DNA of 64,000 nucleotides, from positions 319,796 to 383,795 of the forward strand of contig CAZVTT010000001.1 of the NCBI GenBank assembly GCA_964629685.1, read 5' to 3'. The position numbers and the translations under genes were made by a program. Source of the DNA: an uncultured Gammaproteobacteria bacterium (GTDB lineage Bacteria; Patescibacteriota; Microgenomatia; UBA10105; UBA927). Of this stretch, positions 29,946 through 39,826 are shown one piece after another (position 1 is the first letter of the stretch; each line of letters begins with the position of its first letter). The notes below the pieces were generated by a model. That model did not search any database. It had not been told where the DNA came from and was given only the letters and a program-made list of their open reading frames with translations.

Positions 29946-30950
29946 ATGGATATACTTTCGCTGCTAATTGTCATTTGTACAATTATTATTAGTTTTATTG
30001 CCGTTTACGTTCTCCTTAAAAAAAATCTAAATTCCGGGCAGGATGCTACCCTGGTGGAGTGGCTTAAGAGTATGCAGGTATCGTTAGAACAGACTAACAA
30101 AACATTGAACGATACGATGAGAGGCTCAACAAATGATGTGGCTAAGCTGATGCAGCTCCAGAATCGGGAAATAAATCAACGACTGGATACGGCATCGCGT
30201 GTGATCGGTGATTTACAAAAGCATGTCGGCGAATTATCTGAAGTAGGGAGGGGTATCCGGGATTTACAGGAATTTCTGCAGTCGCCTAAGCTACGGGGTA
30301 ACATCGGTGAGCAAGTTTTGGGAGATATGATCAGTCAAACTTTTCCCAAAAATACATATCATTTACAGTATACATTTCGCTCCGGTGTTAAAGTTGATGC
30401 GGCAATTAAGACAGATGCAGGTTTACTTTGTATAGATTCAAAATTTCCGCTGGAAAATTATGCAAAAAGTTATACTGCAGAAACGGCATCTGAAAGGGGT
30501 GCAGCCAAAAAACAATTTATGCAGGATGTAAAAAAGCACGTTGGCGATATCAGTAAGAAATATATTCTTCCCGAAGAGGGAACTATGGATTTTGCACTAA
30601 TGTATATCCCATCAGAGTCAGTATACTATGAAATAATAAATGAAACTGAACTGATTGATTTTTCCAGAAGGCAGCATATTTACCCTGTATCTCCCAATAC
30701 ACTTTACGCGCATTTGCAGGTAATCTTATTAAGTTTTCAAGGTAAAGAATTAGAGAAGCGATCACGGGAAATAATGAAAATGCTAAATGCTATGCAGGCT
30801 GATTACGATAAACTATATGAGCAAACAGGCGTACTTAGTAAACATGTAAATAATGCATATAACACCATGAATGCAGTGGCTGTAACGGTAAATCAGGTCG
30901 GTTTAAAATTATCTACAACCAGACAACTCCCTGTCGCTGACGAAAGCTAA
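29946..30950 (+). CDS. rmuC: DNA recombination protein RmuC
   Basis: N-terminal TM, a coiled-coil region and the conserved RmuC C-terminal nuclease-like domain (…DFALMYIPSESVYYEI…). Confidence 0.8.
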   Translation: MDILSLLIVICTIIISFIAVYVLLKKNLNSGQDATLVEWLKSMQVSLEQTNKTLNDTMRGSTNDVAKLMQLQNREINQRLDTASRVIGDLQKHVGELSEVGRGIRDLQEFLQSPKLRGNIGEQVLGDMISQTFPKNTYHLQYTFRSGVKVDAAIKTDAGLLCIDSKFPLENYAKSYTAETASERGAAKKQFMQDVKKHVGDISKKYILPEEGTMDFALMYIPSESVYYEIINETELIDFSRRQHIYPVSPNTLYAHLQVILLSFQGKELEKRSREIMKMLNAMQADYDKLYEQTGVLSKHVNNAYNTMNAVAVTVNQVGLKLSTTRQLPVADES

Positions 30951-30997
30951 ATTATAGAAATGGAACTTCACTTTCCATCAGGTATAATGCCTTTATC

Positions 30998-33958
30998 GTG
31001 AGAAGTAAAAATACTACATCGACCCGTGTGTTAAATGAAGCTCAGCTTCAGGCTGTAGAATTTGGAGACGGCCCTTTAATGATTATTGCCGGTGCGGGAA
31101 CCGGAAAAACAACCGTTATAACGGAAAGAATTCAGCACCTTATTTCAGAACGTAAAGTATTACCACAAAGTATTCTCGCGTTGACCTTTACCGAAAAAGC
31201 CAGTAGGGAAATGGAAGAGCGGGTAGAAGAGAATCTGCCGTATGGTCTACCTGAAATGTGGATTTCCACATTTCATGCTTTCTGTGATCGGATACTCCGT
31301 GCAGAAGCAATTAATATCGGTTTGGATCCGGGATATCGATTGATGACCGAAGCGGAAACGATTATGTTTTTTCGCCGGCATCTGTTCTCGTTTGCATTAC
31401 ATCAGTTTAGGCCGTTAGGGAATCCAACGAAGTTTATTTCCGGAATGATTCAGCATTTTAGTAGATTAAAAGATGAAGATGTGTTGCCCGGAGTGTATCT
31501 GAAATGGGTAAATGACTTGCCGAGAAGTACTCCCGAAGAAGAGCAAGAGTACGAAAAATATCTGGAATTAGCAAACGCGTATTCATTGTATGAAGATTTT
31601 AAACAAAAGGAAGGTGTAGCTGATTACGCGGATTTAATAAGTAATGTCCTGCAGCTATTCAGAACACGTCCGGCGATACTTGAAAAATATCAAACGCAAT
31701 TTCGTTATATTTTAATAGATGAGTTTCAGGATACTAATTTTGCGCAAAATGAATTGGCGATTCTATTAGCCGGTGAATCGCAAAACATTACTGTTGTGGG
31801 AGATGATGATCAGGCCATTTATCGATGGCGTGGTGCGGCGGTAAGTAACATGGTACAGTTCCGTACCAGGTTTCCGAAAGTAAAGATTGTAGTTCTTAAA
31901 CAAAACTACAGATCTTCAAAAGAAATTTTAGATCGTTCGTATGAATTAATTCAGTTTAATAACCCGGATCGGTTAGAGGTGGTTGAGAAGGTGGATAAAA
32001 AATTAGAGAGCATGCGGATGATACAAGGTGAAGAAATAGAATTTATTTATACTGACAGGGTGGAAAATGAAGCCGATGAAGTCGCAAAAACAATAACTCG
32101 ACTTATTACAGAACATCAGTATTCTTATTCAGATTTCGGTATCCTTGTCAGGGCAAATAATCATGCTGAACCGTTTACCAGGGCACTTGTTCGACATGGG
32201 ATACCGTATCAATTTTTAGGGCCTGGTCAACTGTTTAGGCAACCTGAAGTTAAAGATCTAATTGGCTATCTTAAGGTGCTATATAATTTCGAAGATAATG
32301 TCGCTATGTATAGAGTTCTGACTATGGAGTGGCTAAATTTGCCGCCTCGTGATATAGCAGCGCTAATGAATTTTGCAAAACGTAATGGAGTCTCGCTTTT
32401 TGAAACGTGTGAAAAGGTTGTATTGCATAAAGATACGCCTCAGTTAGAAGAGAATACAGTGCAGAATTCTAAACCGGAACTCAATATCGCGGAACTGTCT
32501 CCTGAGACGCCAATTCGGTTAAAAATGTTTGTTGAGATGGTAAAGCGGCATTTGCATAGTATTAAAAAAGAAACAGCGGGACAGATCCTGTATTATTTTT
32601 TGCAGGATTCCGGATTATTGCAGCAGTTTACCGCATATAAAACCGTTGCTGAGGAGCGAACCGCGCTTAATATTGCTAAGTTTTTTGATAAGTTAAAAAC
32701 ATATGAAGCCGAACACGAGGAAGCCGACATATTTACTGTTGTGGATTGGATAGATTTGTCGTTAACCTTAGGCGAGTCTCCTGCCGCTAGTGATACCGAT
32801 TGGACAGAAAATAACGCAGTTACCCTAATGACGATTCATGCCGCCAAGGGATTAGAATTTCCGGTAGTGTTTATGATCAATCTGGTATCAGCACGCTTTC
32901 CCACGACGGAACGGAAGGAGCAAATACCTATTCCTGACCAATTAATTAAGGAAATCGTTCCGACTGGTGACTTCCATTTACAGGAAGAACGACGTTTGTT
33001 CTATGTAGGCATGACCCGTGCAAGAGATTATCTGTTTTTCACCGGTGCAAAATATTACGGAGAAGGAAAGCGGGAGAAAAAAATTTCACCATTTATTGTA
33101 GAGGCTTTGGGATCATCCGCGGTAAAAAAATTGGAACAGCGCGTTATTAAACCAATGTCTCAATTATCGCTATTGGATTGGCAGACTCATCCCGAGCCGG
33201 TTGTTCAAAATACAAGCCATGCACCGGTAACGTATTTATCCTATTCTCAGCTGCACACATTCACAACATGTCCGCTTCAATATAAGTACAGGTATATATT
33301 AAAAATTCCCGTTCCGCCTTCCGCTGCACTTACATTTGGAGATACTATACACAAAGTTATTAATGTGTTTTATGAGCGGATCAAACAGGGTGAAAAAGCT
33401 CATCCGGAAATGCTTCTGGAATTGCTGGATACACTGTGGTCATCAATTGGATTTGGCGATAAAGCCTATGAAAAAAAGATGAAACTACATGGGAAAGATT
33501 TGTTAACAAGTTTTTATACCCATGCGTTTGATCCTGCGAGAATTCCCCTGTCCCTTGAGCATCCGTTTCGAATAAAAATATCACCGGAATTAAAATTAGG
33601 TGGGAAAATAGACAGGGTTGACAGATTAACCGATGGTACGCTGGAAATTATTGACTACAAAACAGGTCATGCTCCGAAAGCCCGAGATGTTAAAAATGAT
33701 TTACAGTTAACGGTATATGCAATGGCTGCTACGGATGAGGGATTATATCGACAGCCTGTCGATAAAGTTATTGTTTCGTTTTATTTTTTTGAAGGGGACG
33801 AAAAGATATCCGCTACACGGACACAGGAACAGATAGATGAGGCAAGAATAAAAATCCGCACCAAAGCCGAAGAAATTAGTACTAGCATTTTTACGCCGAC
33901 TCCGGGAAAGCATTGCGATTTCTGTGAGTTTCGACTAATCTGTGAAGCCTGGCAGTAA
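30998..33958 (+). CDS. UvrD/PcrA-like superfamily-1 helicase fused to a C-terminal PD-(D/E)XK (Cas4/AddB-like, Fe-S) nuclease domain
   Basis: Walker A AGAGTGKTT, helicase motifs (DEFQDTN, VVGDDDQAIYRWRGA, LKQNYRS) and a C-terminal nuclease module (GKIDRVD, EIIDYKTG, QLTVYA) with four Cys (C…, CDFCEF…C). Confidence 0.8.
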   Translation: MRSKNTTSTRVLNEAQLQAVEFGDGPLMIIAGAGTGKTTVITERIQHLISERKVLPQSILALTFTEKASREMEERVEENLPYGLPEMWISTFHAFCDRILRAEAINIGLDPGYRLMTEAETIMFFRRHLFSFALHQFRPLGNPTKFISGMIQHFSRLKDEDVLPGVYLKWVNDLPRSTPEEEQEYEKYLELANAYSLYEDFKQKEGVADYADLISNVLQLFRTRPAILEKYQTQFRYILIDEFQDTNFAQNELAILLAGESQNITVVGDDDQAIYRWRGAAVSNMVQFRTRFPKVKIVVLKQNYRSSKEILDRSYELIQFNNPDRLEVVEKVDKKLESMRMIQGEEIEFIYTDRVENEADEVAKTITRLITEHQYSYSDFGILVRANNHAEPFTRALVRHGIPYQFLGPGQLFRQPEVKDLIGYLKVLYNFEDNVAMYRVLTMEWLNLPPRDIAALMNFAKRNGVSLFETCEKVVLHKDTPQLEENTVQNSKPELNIAELSPETPIRLKMFVEMVKRHLHSIKKETAGQILYYFLQDSGLLQQFTAYKTVAEERTALNIAKFFDKLKTYEAEHEEADIFTVVDWIDLSLTLGESPAASDTDWTENNAVTLMTIHAAKGLEFPVVFMINLVSARFPTTERKEQIPIPDQLIKEIVPTGDFHLQEERRLFYVGMTRARDYLFFTGAKYYGEGKREKKISPFIVEALGSSAVKKLEQRVIKPMSQLSLLDWQTHPEPVVQNTSHAPVTYLSYSQLHTFTTCPLQYKYRYILKIPVPPSAALTFGDTIHKVINVFYERIKQGEKAHPEMLLELLDTLWSSIGFGDKAYEKKMKLHGKDLLTSFYTHAFDPARIPLSLEHPFRIKISPELKLGGKIDRVDRLTDGTLEIIDYKTGHAPKARDVKNDLQLTVYAMAATDEGLYRQPVDKVIVSFYFFEGDEKISATRTQEQIDEARIKIRTKAEEISTSIFTPTPGKHCDFCEFRLICEAWQ

Positions 33959-33959
33959 C

Positions 33960-34817
33960 CTATTTATACCAGAGGGGATATGTGCGTTCCAATCCCCCAA
34001 AGCCTTCTTTGAATTTTGTAAATCCCTTCCATGAATCAAACTCTTTTGCCAAGCGTTCATCCCATACTCCCACAAAGTCAAACCATTGAGCACCCCGAAG
34101 TTTTGCTAATTTCATGCATTCCCATGCCAGCAGTGTCGGTGCAAAAACATGTTTACCTTTTTTTGTAGCTCCTGCTATCCAGTAATACGCAGTGTTTTCC
34201 CAGAATAACATCAGTACGCCACCAACTATTTCGTCGTTAATAGTTCTGCGGAAGATGTGACGGCTTGGAGCAGTTGCCAGAAGAATTGCAGCGTGTCGGG
34301 GTGCAAAAACCGGCCAAATTTTGGCTATACCGTAAGTAGTAACAAATCCAAAAGGGCCTGCTGATTTGTTTTTAATGCGTATAAGTTCAGATATATCGTG
34401 TGATTCCCGGATTTTTACTCCGTATTTAGTTGCTCGCCTGACTGCTCTTCTTTTGGCAGGTGTAAACGAATTAAAAATTTCATTGAGTGGGGGATCTAAA
34501 TTCACTAGGATAGTTTTTGTAGGAAGGTAGGGAGATGAGGTTAAGGAGAAGTCTTTCCGAAGTTGTTGCGTCCATGCTTTGAATTCGGCTGAGGATTGAT
34601 TGGGTTGTGCTTCCGCGACTATGGTACGAACATGATGTGATTTAAGCAGAGGTATGAGTTTATTTAACGGTGGCAAACTATGCGGACGTTGTATTTTTGC
34701 CATTGTGCCGACGAACGGAAAATTTTTTATGAATACATTTGTGCCATCTATGGTAAGAACGTTCCAGTGTAAACGGCGGGTAAATTCTGCAAATAACGGG
34801 GATTGTTGGAGTTCCAT
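33960..34817 (-). CDS. FemAB-family peptidoglycan bridge aminoacyltransferase
   Basis: FemAB-family C-terminal block (…LLAWECMKLAKLRGAQWFDFVGV…FKEGFGG). Confidence 0.7.
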   Translation of the reverse strand: MELQQSPLFAEFTRRLHWNVLTIDGTNVFIKNFPFVGTMAKIQRPHSLPPLNKLIPLLKSHHVRTIVAEAQPNQSSAEFKAWTQQLRKDFSLTSSPYLPTKTILVNLDPPLNEIFNSFTPAKRRAVRRATKYGVKIRESHDISELIRIKNKSAGPFGFVTTYGIAKIWPVFAPRHAAILLATAPSRHIFRRTINDEIVGGVLMLFWENTAYYWIAGATKKGKHVFAPTLLAWECMKLAKLRGAQWFDFVGVWDERLAKEFDSWKGFTKFKEGFGGLERTYPLWYK

Positions 34818-34820
34818 ACC

Positions 34821-35843
34821 TTAAAATAATTTCTGTTTAAGCCGTAAATATTTCCATCGGATGGCGTCTGCGAGAGTGTATCCGGAGTAAAGAACCGGGT
34901 TAATAATATAATCGAATGACCCGATTGAGTGTATTAATTCCGGGTGAAAACCTTCCTTAAAGCGGTGAAATCCATACCAAGGGTCATTCTGATCAGGGTT
35001 TGGTCCGAGTGCTCCCCATAAGTCAAATGAACTGAAATTGTGCTGTTTTGCCCAGCGGATTATTTCCCAAAGTAGGAGTGTGGGCGCCATGACCTGTCTA
35101 TACTCTCGGGAAGAAGCTCCATATGGGTAATACAGCGAGTTTTTCCATTTAAACAGTATCCAGGCTGCTACTGTTTTATGCTGATAGGTTGCCGTAAACA
35201 TTGTGGCTATATTCGCCTGACGCATAATCTGCCACATACTGCGATGGTACTGGGAATTGTGAGCATAGAATCCTTGTCTGGCGGTAGTTTCCTGAGATAA
35301 AGATATATATTGATCAAATGCGGCAGGAGAATTATCTTCCTGAATGCTTACAGAATGTTTCTGTGCGATTTTAATATTGTATCGTGTTTTGGGATGTAAT
35401 TTCTTCATTAACTCTTCTTCGGACTGCCGCAGATCAATAGCAAAAGTGTAAGGGGTAAAAAGAGCACGATGAGAGGGAACAAACCTGTTTGAATGCGGTA
35501 ACTGATCGTAAGTTGCTTCGGAATATACAAGGTTTGGCTCTATTTGAATACTTATGCTGTTGTTTGGTTTCGTAAAGCGGGCGAGCGCATTAATCATGTC
35601 CCTCGTAGGTAGGGGACCTTTAGCAAAATAGCCTACCGTATAGTTGGTCATAGGAATACGGTGTAGCGTAACTTGCCAACCGTCCACTATTTCGCCACCT
35701 TCGGTGGTTACGATTCTTTGAACTTGTACTCCCATAGATGCGCGAAATTCACCCCATGCCCAGGATTGCAGAGGATGATGAATGACGCGATCCCAATGGT
35801 GCTTATCTTCCTGATTTGCCGGTCGGATTGTTCTGATAGGCAT
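34821..35843 (-). CDS. FemAB-family peptidoglycan bridge aminoacyltransferase (paralogue)
   Basis: Conserved FemAB blocks (…LLLWEIIRWAKQHNFSSFDLWGA…FHRFKEGF). Separated by 3 nt from the downstream paralogue. Confidence 0.75.
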   Translation of the reverse strand: MPIRTIRPANQEDKHHWDRVIHHPLQSWAWGEFRASMGVQVQRIVTTEGGEIVDGWQVTLHRIPMTNYTVGYFAKGPLPTRDMINALARFTKPNNSISIQIEPNLVYSEATYDQLPHSNRFVPSHRALFTPYTFAIDLRQSEEELMKKLHPKTRYNIKIAQKHSVSIQEDNSPAAFDQYISLSQETTARQGFYAHNSQYHRSMWQIMRQANIATMFTATYQHKTVAAWILFKWKNSLYYPYGASSREYRQVMAPTLLLWEIIRWAKQHNFSSFDLWGALGPNPDQNDPWYGFHRFKEGFHPELIHSIGSFDYIINPVLYSGYTLADAIRWKYLRLKQKLF

Positions 35844-36094
35844 AATTATATTGTTATTATCTCTTTTTTCCCCTTATGGTACAATCAGGATAGAATGAAA
35901 AAGCGAAAGCGTATTCGTGAAACACAGCAGGAAAAAGCGATTTCGTGGTTACCAATCGATAGTAGACTCTTTATGCCGTTTATTGGTTTTGGGAGAGTAA
36001 AGGGTCTCTCAAAAGTATTTCTAGAGGTTGAATTAGCACTTTCAATATTCGTGGTTACAGGTACGGTATTGTTAATGATATTCAGAATTTTTTA

Positions 36095-37951
36095 CTAAAT
36101 TAAAAGGTCATCTTCCCTAAATCCCCGATCATAATCCAGTGAAACTTGTGATCTTAATATTTCTTCCGGAATATCTCCAAGAAAACGCGAGGGCATGTTT
36201 TGTGTTCGCGTGCCAAAGAATAGTCGATGGTTGGCATGGGTAAGGTAGAGAGTATCTTTCGCTCTGGTAATTGCCACATAACAAAGTCGACGTTCTTCTT
36301 CAAGTTCTTCTTTATCCAGAAGCGCTCTGCTGTGAGGGAAGAGACCTTCTTCCATTCCGATTACAAATACGGTTGGATACTCTAATCCTTTAGCAGTATG
36401 AATTGTCATAAGCGTAACTGCAGAACGGTTTGTGTCGCGCTGTTTAACTTTGTCCGGTTCGTACTCCCGTTCTACTAATGCCACATTCTCCAGAAATGTT
36501 GTTAGTTCAGGAAATTCCATCGCAACAGACCGGAGTTCCTTAATATTTTCGAGTCTGTATGCTTCTTCTTCCTTATTTATGTCGTAGAGAGAGAGGTATT
36601 CTGTTTGTTCTATTACTTTATCCAACAACTCTAAAGTAGTTTCAGAAATAAGTGTATTATCTTGTTGCAATTGCTGTTGAAGCTTCTGAAATCGTTCTAA
36701 ACGGCCTTTACCAAGTTTTTCTATCCGTTTGTATGATACCGAATCTTTTGGGTTTGAAAGAACACGTAAATATGCCAGTACGTCTTTAATTTCTTTCCGT
36801 TCGTAGAACCTTGTTCCTCCTACCAATAAATACGGAATTCCGGCGTGGAGTAAAGCTTCTTCTACTACACGCGATTGTGCATTAGTACGGTATAAAATGG
36901 CAAAGTCTGTATAGGGTCTCCCTGATTGGAGAATAGTTTGTATCAGAAACATTGCTTCGTCATGTTCATTTCTGGCTTCATAAAGCACGATATTTTGTCC
37001 TTTGGGTTTTTCTGTCCATAGTTTCAGAATTGGATGTGACGTATTTTTTGATATTACGGCATAAGCGGCATCTAGTATCGTTTGCGTAGAGCGGTAGTTC
37101 TGTTCAAGATGAAATTCCTTAACATTGGGATAGTCTACCCTGAAATTAGTAATATTCCGGTAATCGGCACCTCTCCAGCGATATATACTTTGTGAAGCAT
37201 CACCTACAACGCAAATATTGAGGTAGCGACCGCTTAGTTGTCGTGTAAGTACATACTGGGCTTTATTAGTATCCTGGTATTCATCTACCAGTATGTATTT
37301 GTATTGTTCCTGATATTTCCCCTGAATTTCGGGAAATTTCTCAAAAAGTTGAACGGTCTTCATTAATAAATCATCAAAATCAAGAGCTTCATTCTGTTGA
37401 AGCAGTTTCTGATATTCCAAGTACACTTGGGCAACCGTTTCCTGATAGTATCCACGTGCCAGTTGTGGATATTCCAGTGCCGTAATTAGTTCGTTTTTTA
37501 TTTCCGATATGGTATGAAGTAACGCGTTAGGATTAAAATTTTTGGCTGAGATATCCAACTTGCGCAGAACTTCTTTAATTGCGTCTGACTGATCCTGGTC
37601 ATCATATATTACGAATGACGGGGCAATTCCTAAATGCATGCCTTCCCGCCGTAACACTTTTACTGCAAAGGAATGAAATGTTCCCGCGTAAGGAAGTTCA
37701 GTAGATAGTCCATTCTGACTAAGTAGTGTGAGAATTCTCTTTTTCATTTCTGCCGCGGCTTTATTGGTAAATGTACACATGAGAATGTTATGTGGCGGAA
37801 CTGCATGATCAGCAATAAGATGGGCAACTTTATATGTTAAAACTTTTGTTTTACCGCTGCCTGCCCCAGCAAAAATAAGTGTTGGCCCTTTAACGTGGGT
37901 TGCGGCTTTACGCTGCTCTTGGTTTAATTCATTGAGGAATGCTGAAAGCAT
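36095..37951 (-). CDS. pcrA: ATP-dependent DNA helicase PcrA/UvrD
   Basis: FAGAGSGKT, DEYQDTN, GDASQSIYRWRGA, and a C-terminal conserved block. The ORF track extends to 38107, but the family-typical N-terminus begins at MLSAFLNELNQEQRKAA (start ~37951), so the longer call would overlap tpiA. Confidence 0.85.
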   Translation of the reverse strand: MLSAFLNELNQEQRKAATHVKGPTLIFAGAGSGKTKVLTYKVAHLIADHAVPPHNILMCTFTNKAAAEMKKRILTLLSQNGLSTELPYAGTFHSFAVKVLRREGMHLGIAPSFVIYDDQDQSDAIKEVLRKLDISAKNFNPNALLHTISEIKNELITALEYPQLARGYYQETVAQVYLEYQKLLQQNEALDFDDLLMKTVQLFEKFPEIQGKYQEQYKYILVDEYQDTNKAQYVLTRQLSGRYLNICVVGDASQSIYRWRGADYRNITNFRVDYPNVKEFHLEQNYRSTQTILDAAYAVISKNTSHPILKLWTEKPKGQNIVLYEARNEHDEAMFLIQTILQSGRPYTDFAILYRTNAQSRVVEEALLHAGIPYLLVGGTRFYERKEIKDVLAYLRVLSNPKDSVSYKRIEKLGKGRLERFQKLQQQLQQDNTLISETTLELLDKVIEQTEYLSLYDINKEEEAYRLENIKELRSVAMEFPELTTFLENVALVEREYEPDKVKQRDTNRSAVTLMTIHTAKGLEYPTVFVIGMEEGLFPHSRALLDKEELEEERRLCYVAITRAKDTLYLTHANHRLFFGTRTQNMPSRFLGDIPEEILRSQVSLDYDRGFREDDLLI

Positions 37952-37968
37952 AGGTATAATCTTATCAT

Positions 37969-38661
37969 ATGAAAACTTTATATCTAATCGGTAATTGGAA
38001 AAGTAACAAAACAATTTCGGAGACAAAGGACTGGCTTTCTCAATTATCGGGATATAAAGACAAACTGGAACAGTTTGCCGATTTGCGGATAGTTCTTTGT
38101 GCTCCATATACAGCGCTTTCTACTCTTAAGGACGAGATTGAACGATTAGGTCTGCCAATTTCTGCAGGGGCTCAGGATTTGTCTCCTTTTGTTGAAGGCG
38201 CATATACGGGAGCGGTAACGGCAAGAATGGTCAGGGAAGTAGCAGATTACGTCATAGTCGGGCATTCTGAGCGGAGAAAGTATTTTGGTGAAACGGATGA
38301 AATGTTACAGAAAAAAGTTGATCAGGCAAAATTACAGGGCCTAAAAGTGGTATATTGCGTTCCCGATGCAACGTCTGCTATTGCAAAAGGCAGCGATATC
38401 GTTGGCTATGAGCCTGTTTGGGCTATTGGAACAGGACAATCAGAAACACCGGAAAATGCCAACGCCGTGATTGCCAAAATTAAGGCTACCACCGGAGTGC
38501 CGGTAATTGTATACGGAGGCAGTGTGAATGCTGAAAATGTAGCTTCTTTTCTCGGTCAGCCCGAGATTGATGGAGTTTTGTTAGGGGGAGCGAGTTTGGA
38601 CCCTGACAAGTTCTTTCAACTCCTTACCGCTGCCGTCTCAGTGCCACAACCAAAACAATAA
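37969..38661 (+). CDS. tpiA: triosephosphate isomerase
   Basis: LIGNWKSN, VGHSERR, and EPVWAIGTG catalytic motifs. Confidence 0.85.
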   Translation: MKTLYLIGNWKSNKTISETKDWLSQLSGYKDKLEQFADLRIVLCAPYTALSTLKDEIERLGLPISAGAQDLSPFVEGAYTGAVTARMVREVADYVIVGHSERRKYFGETDEMLQKKVDQAKLQGLKVVYCVPDATSAIAKGSDIVGYEPVWAIGTGQSETPENANAVIAKIKATTGVPVIVYGGSVNAENVASFLGQPEIDGVLLGGASLDPDKFFQLLTAAVSVPQPKQ

Positions 38662-38771
38662 GCTGATATTGCCGTTAGTAGTTTGCAACGTTAAGCTTCA
38701 ACGTGCTATTTTCCACATACTCATAGGTTTTGTTACGGAAAATAGTGAAGGCAACGTAAAATGTTAGGATG

Positions 38772-39824
38772 TTAGAAGGCTAATCCCAGCAGTAGAAGTA
38801 GTATTCCTCCGGCGATTACCGCTATCCCCAGTATGCTTGGACCAGTTCCTGCTACCGGTACTTCCGGTGTCGGCACGGCCGTTTCTCCCGGAGGCAGCGG
38901 TGTTGGGGTAGGTGTCGCTACGTCACAGCTACAATTAGTTTTGTTTGTGCAGGAGGGGTTGCGGCATTTTCCGCTGGAACAAATGAGTCCGTCTTCACAG
39001 TCACCATTATCTGAACATGAATTGTTACAGGATAACGGACAGGAACAGTCTGCTTCGTTTGTGCAGGAAGGATTTCTACATACTCCGCCTGAGCAAACCA
39101 ATCCTGATTTACAATCACTTGTGGCATTACATCCGTTATTACAACTTGCAGGTGTCGGTGTCTGAGTCGGTGTATTTGTTGCGACATCACAGGTACAATT
39201 GGATTTATTCGTACAGGAAGGATTGCGGCAGAGTCCGCCGGAGCAGATAAGCCCATCAGTACAATCTCCGTTGTCTGAACATGCATTGTTACATGCAACC
39301 GGACAGGTACAATCCGACTCGCTGGTGCAGGAAGGATTGCGGCACATTCCGCCTGAACACACTAAACCAGCCTTACAATCACTGTTGCTGGCACAGGCAC
39401 TGTCACAGCTCAATGGTGGTGTGGTTGGAGACGGTGTATTTGTCGGTGTGTTTGATGGTGTGTTTGTAGGGGTTACACACGTACAATCTTCACGATTCGT
39501 ACAGGAAGGGTTGCGGCATAGCCCACCGGAACAAACTAAACCTGCTGCACAATCGGCATTTCTTCCGCAGGATGCATTACAGGCACCTGGTGGGGAAGTG
39601 GGCGTTGGTGTTGGGGATACGTTTAAGGCAAACGTGATTTTGCATGCTTCAGGTTGCTGCACTCTGAATGTAAGTGTACAAGCAGGTGTAGCCGCCTTTG
39701 GTTCGTCCGGAGTAATTGGTTTTGTTTGTTGTAGTCTTAAGCTTGTAATTAGCGTTACGACACCCAGTCCAAGTGTTCCAATAGTAAGTAATGTTATATA
39801 CCAGTATTTTCGGATCATCTTCAT
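38772..39824 (-). CDS. cell-surface protein built from six cysteine-rich modules (C-N-x-(S/A)-C-x5-DC-x2-GL-x-CSGG-x-CRNPSCT-x5-C-(T/S)-C) separated by T/P-rich linkers; N- and C-terminal hydrophobic anchors
   Basis: The pattern is read directly from the translation. N-terminal signal/TM; C-terminal …PEVPVAGTG + hydrophobic helix. Confidence 0.6.
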   Translation of the reverse strand: MKMIRKYWYITLLTIGTLGLGVVTLITSLRLQQTKPITPDEPKAATPACTLTFRVQQPEACKITFALNVSPTPTPTSPPGACNASCGRNADCAAGLVCSGGLCRNPSCTNREDCTCVTPTNTPSNTPTNTPSPTTPPLSCDSACASNSDCKAGLVCSGGMCRNPSCTSESDCTCPVACNNACSDNGDCTDGLICSGGLCRNPSCTNKSNCTCDVATNTPTQTPTPASCNNGCNATSDCKSGLVCSGGVCRNPSCTNEADCSCPLSCNNSCSDNGDCEDGLICSSGKCRNPSCTNKTNCSCDVATPTPTPLPPGETAVPTPEVPVAGTGPSILGIAVIAGGILLLLLGLAF

Positions 39825-39826
39825 AG

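Noticed and set aside
37952-38107. N-terminal 52-codon extension of pcrA in the ORF track, overlapping tpiA
   Set aside because: The family-typical PcrA N-terminus starts at the internal Met (MLSAFLNEL…). The extension would overlap the divergent tpiA start, so the start was moved to 37951.
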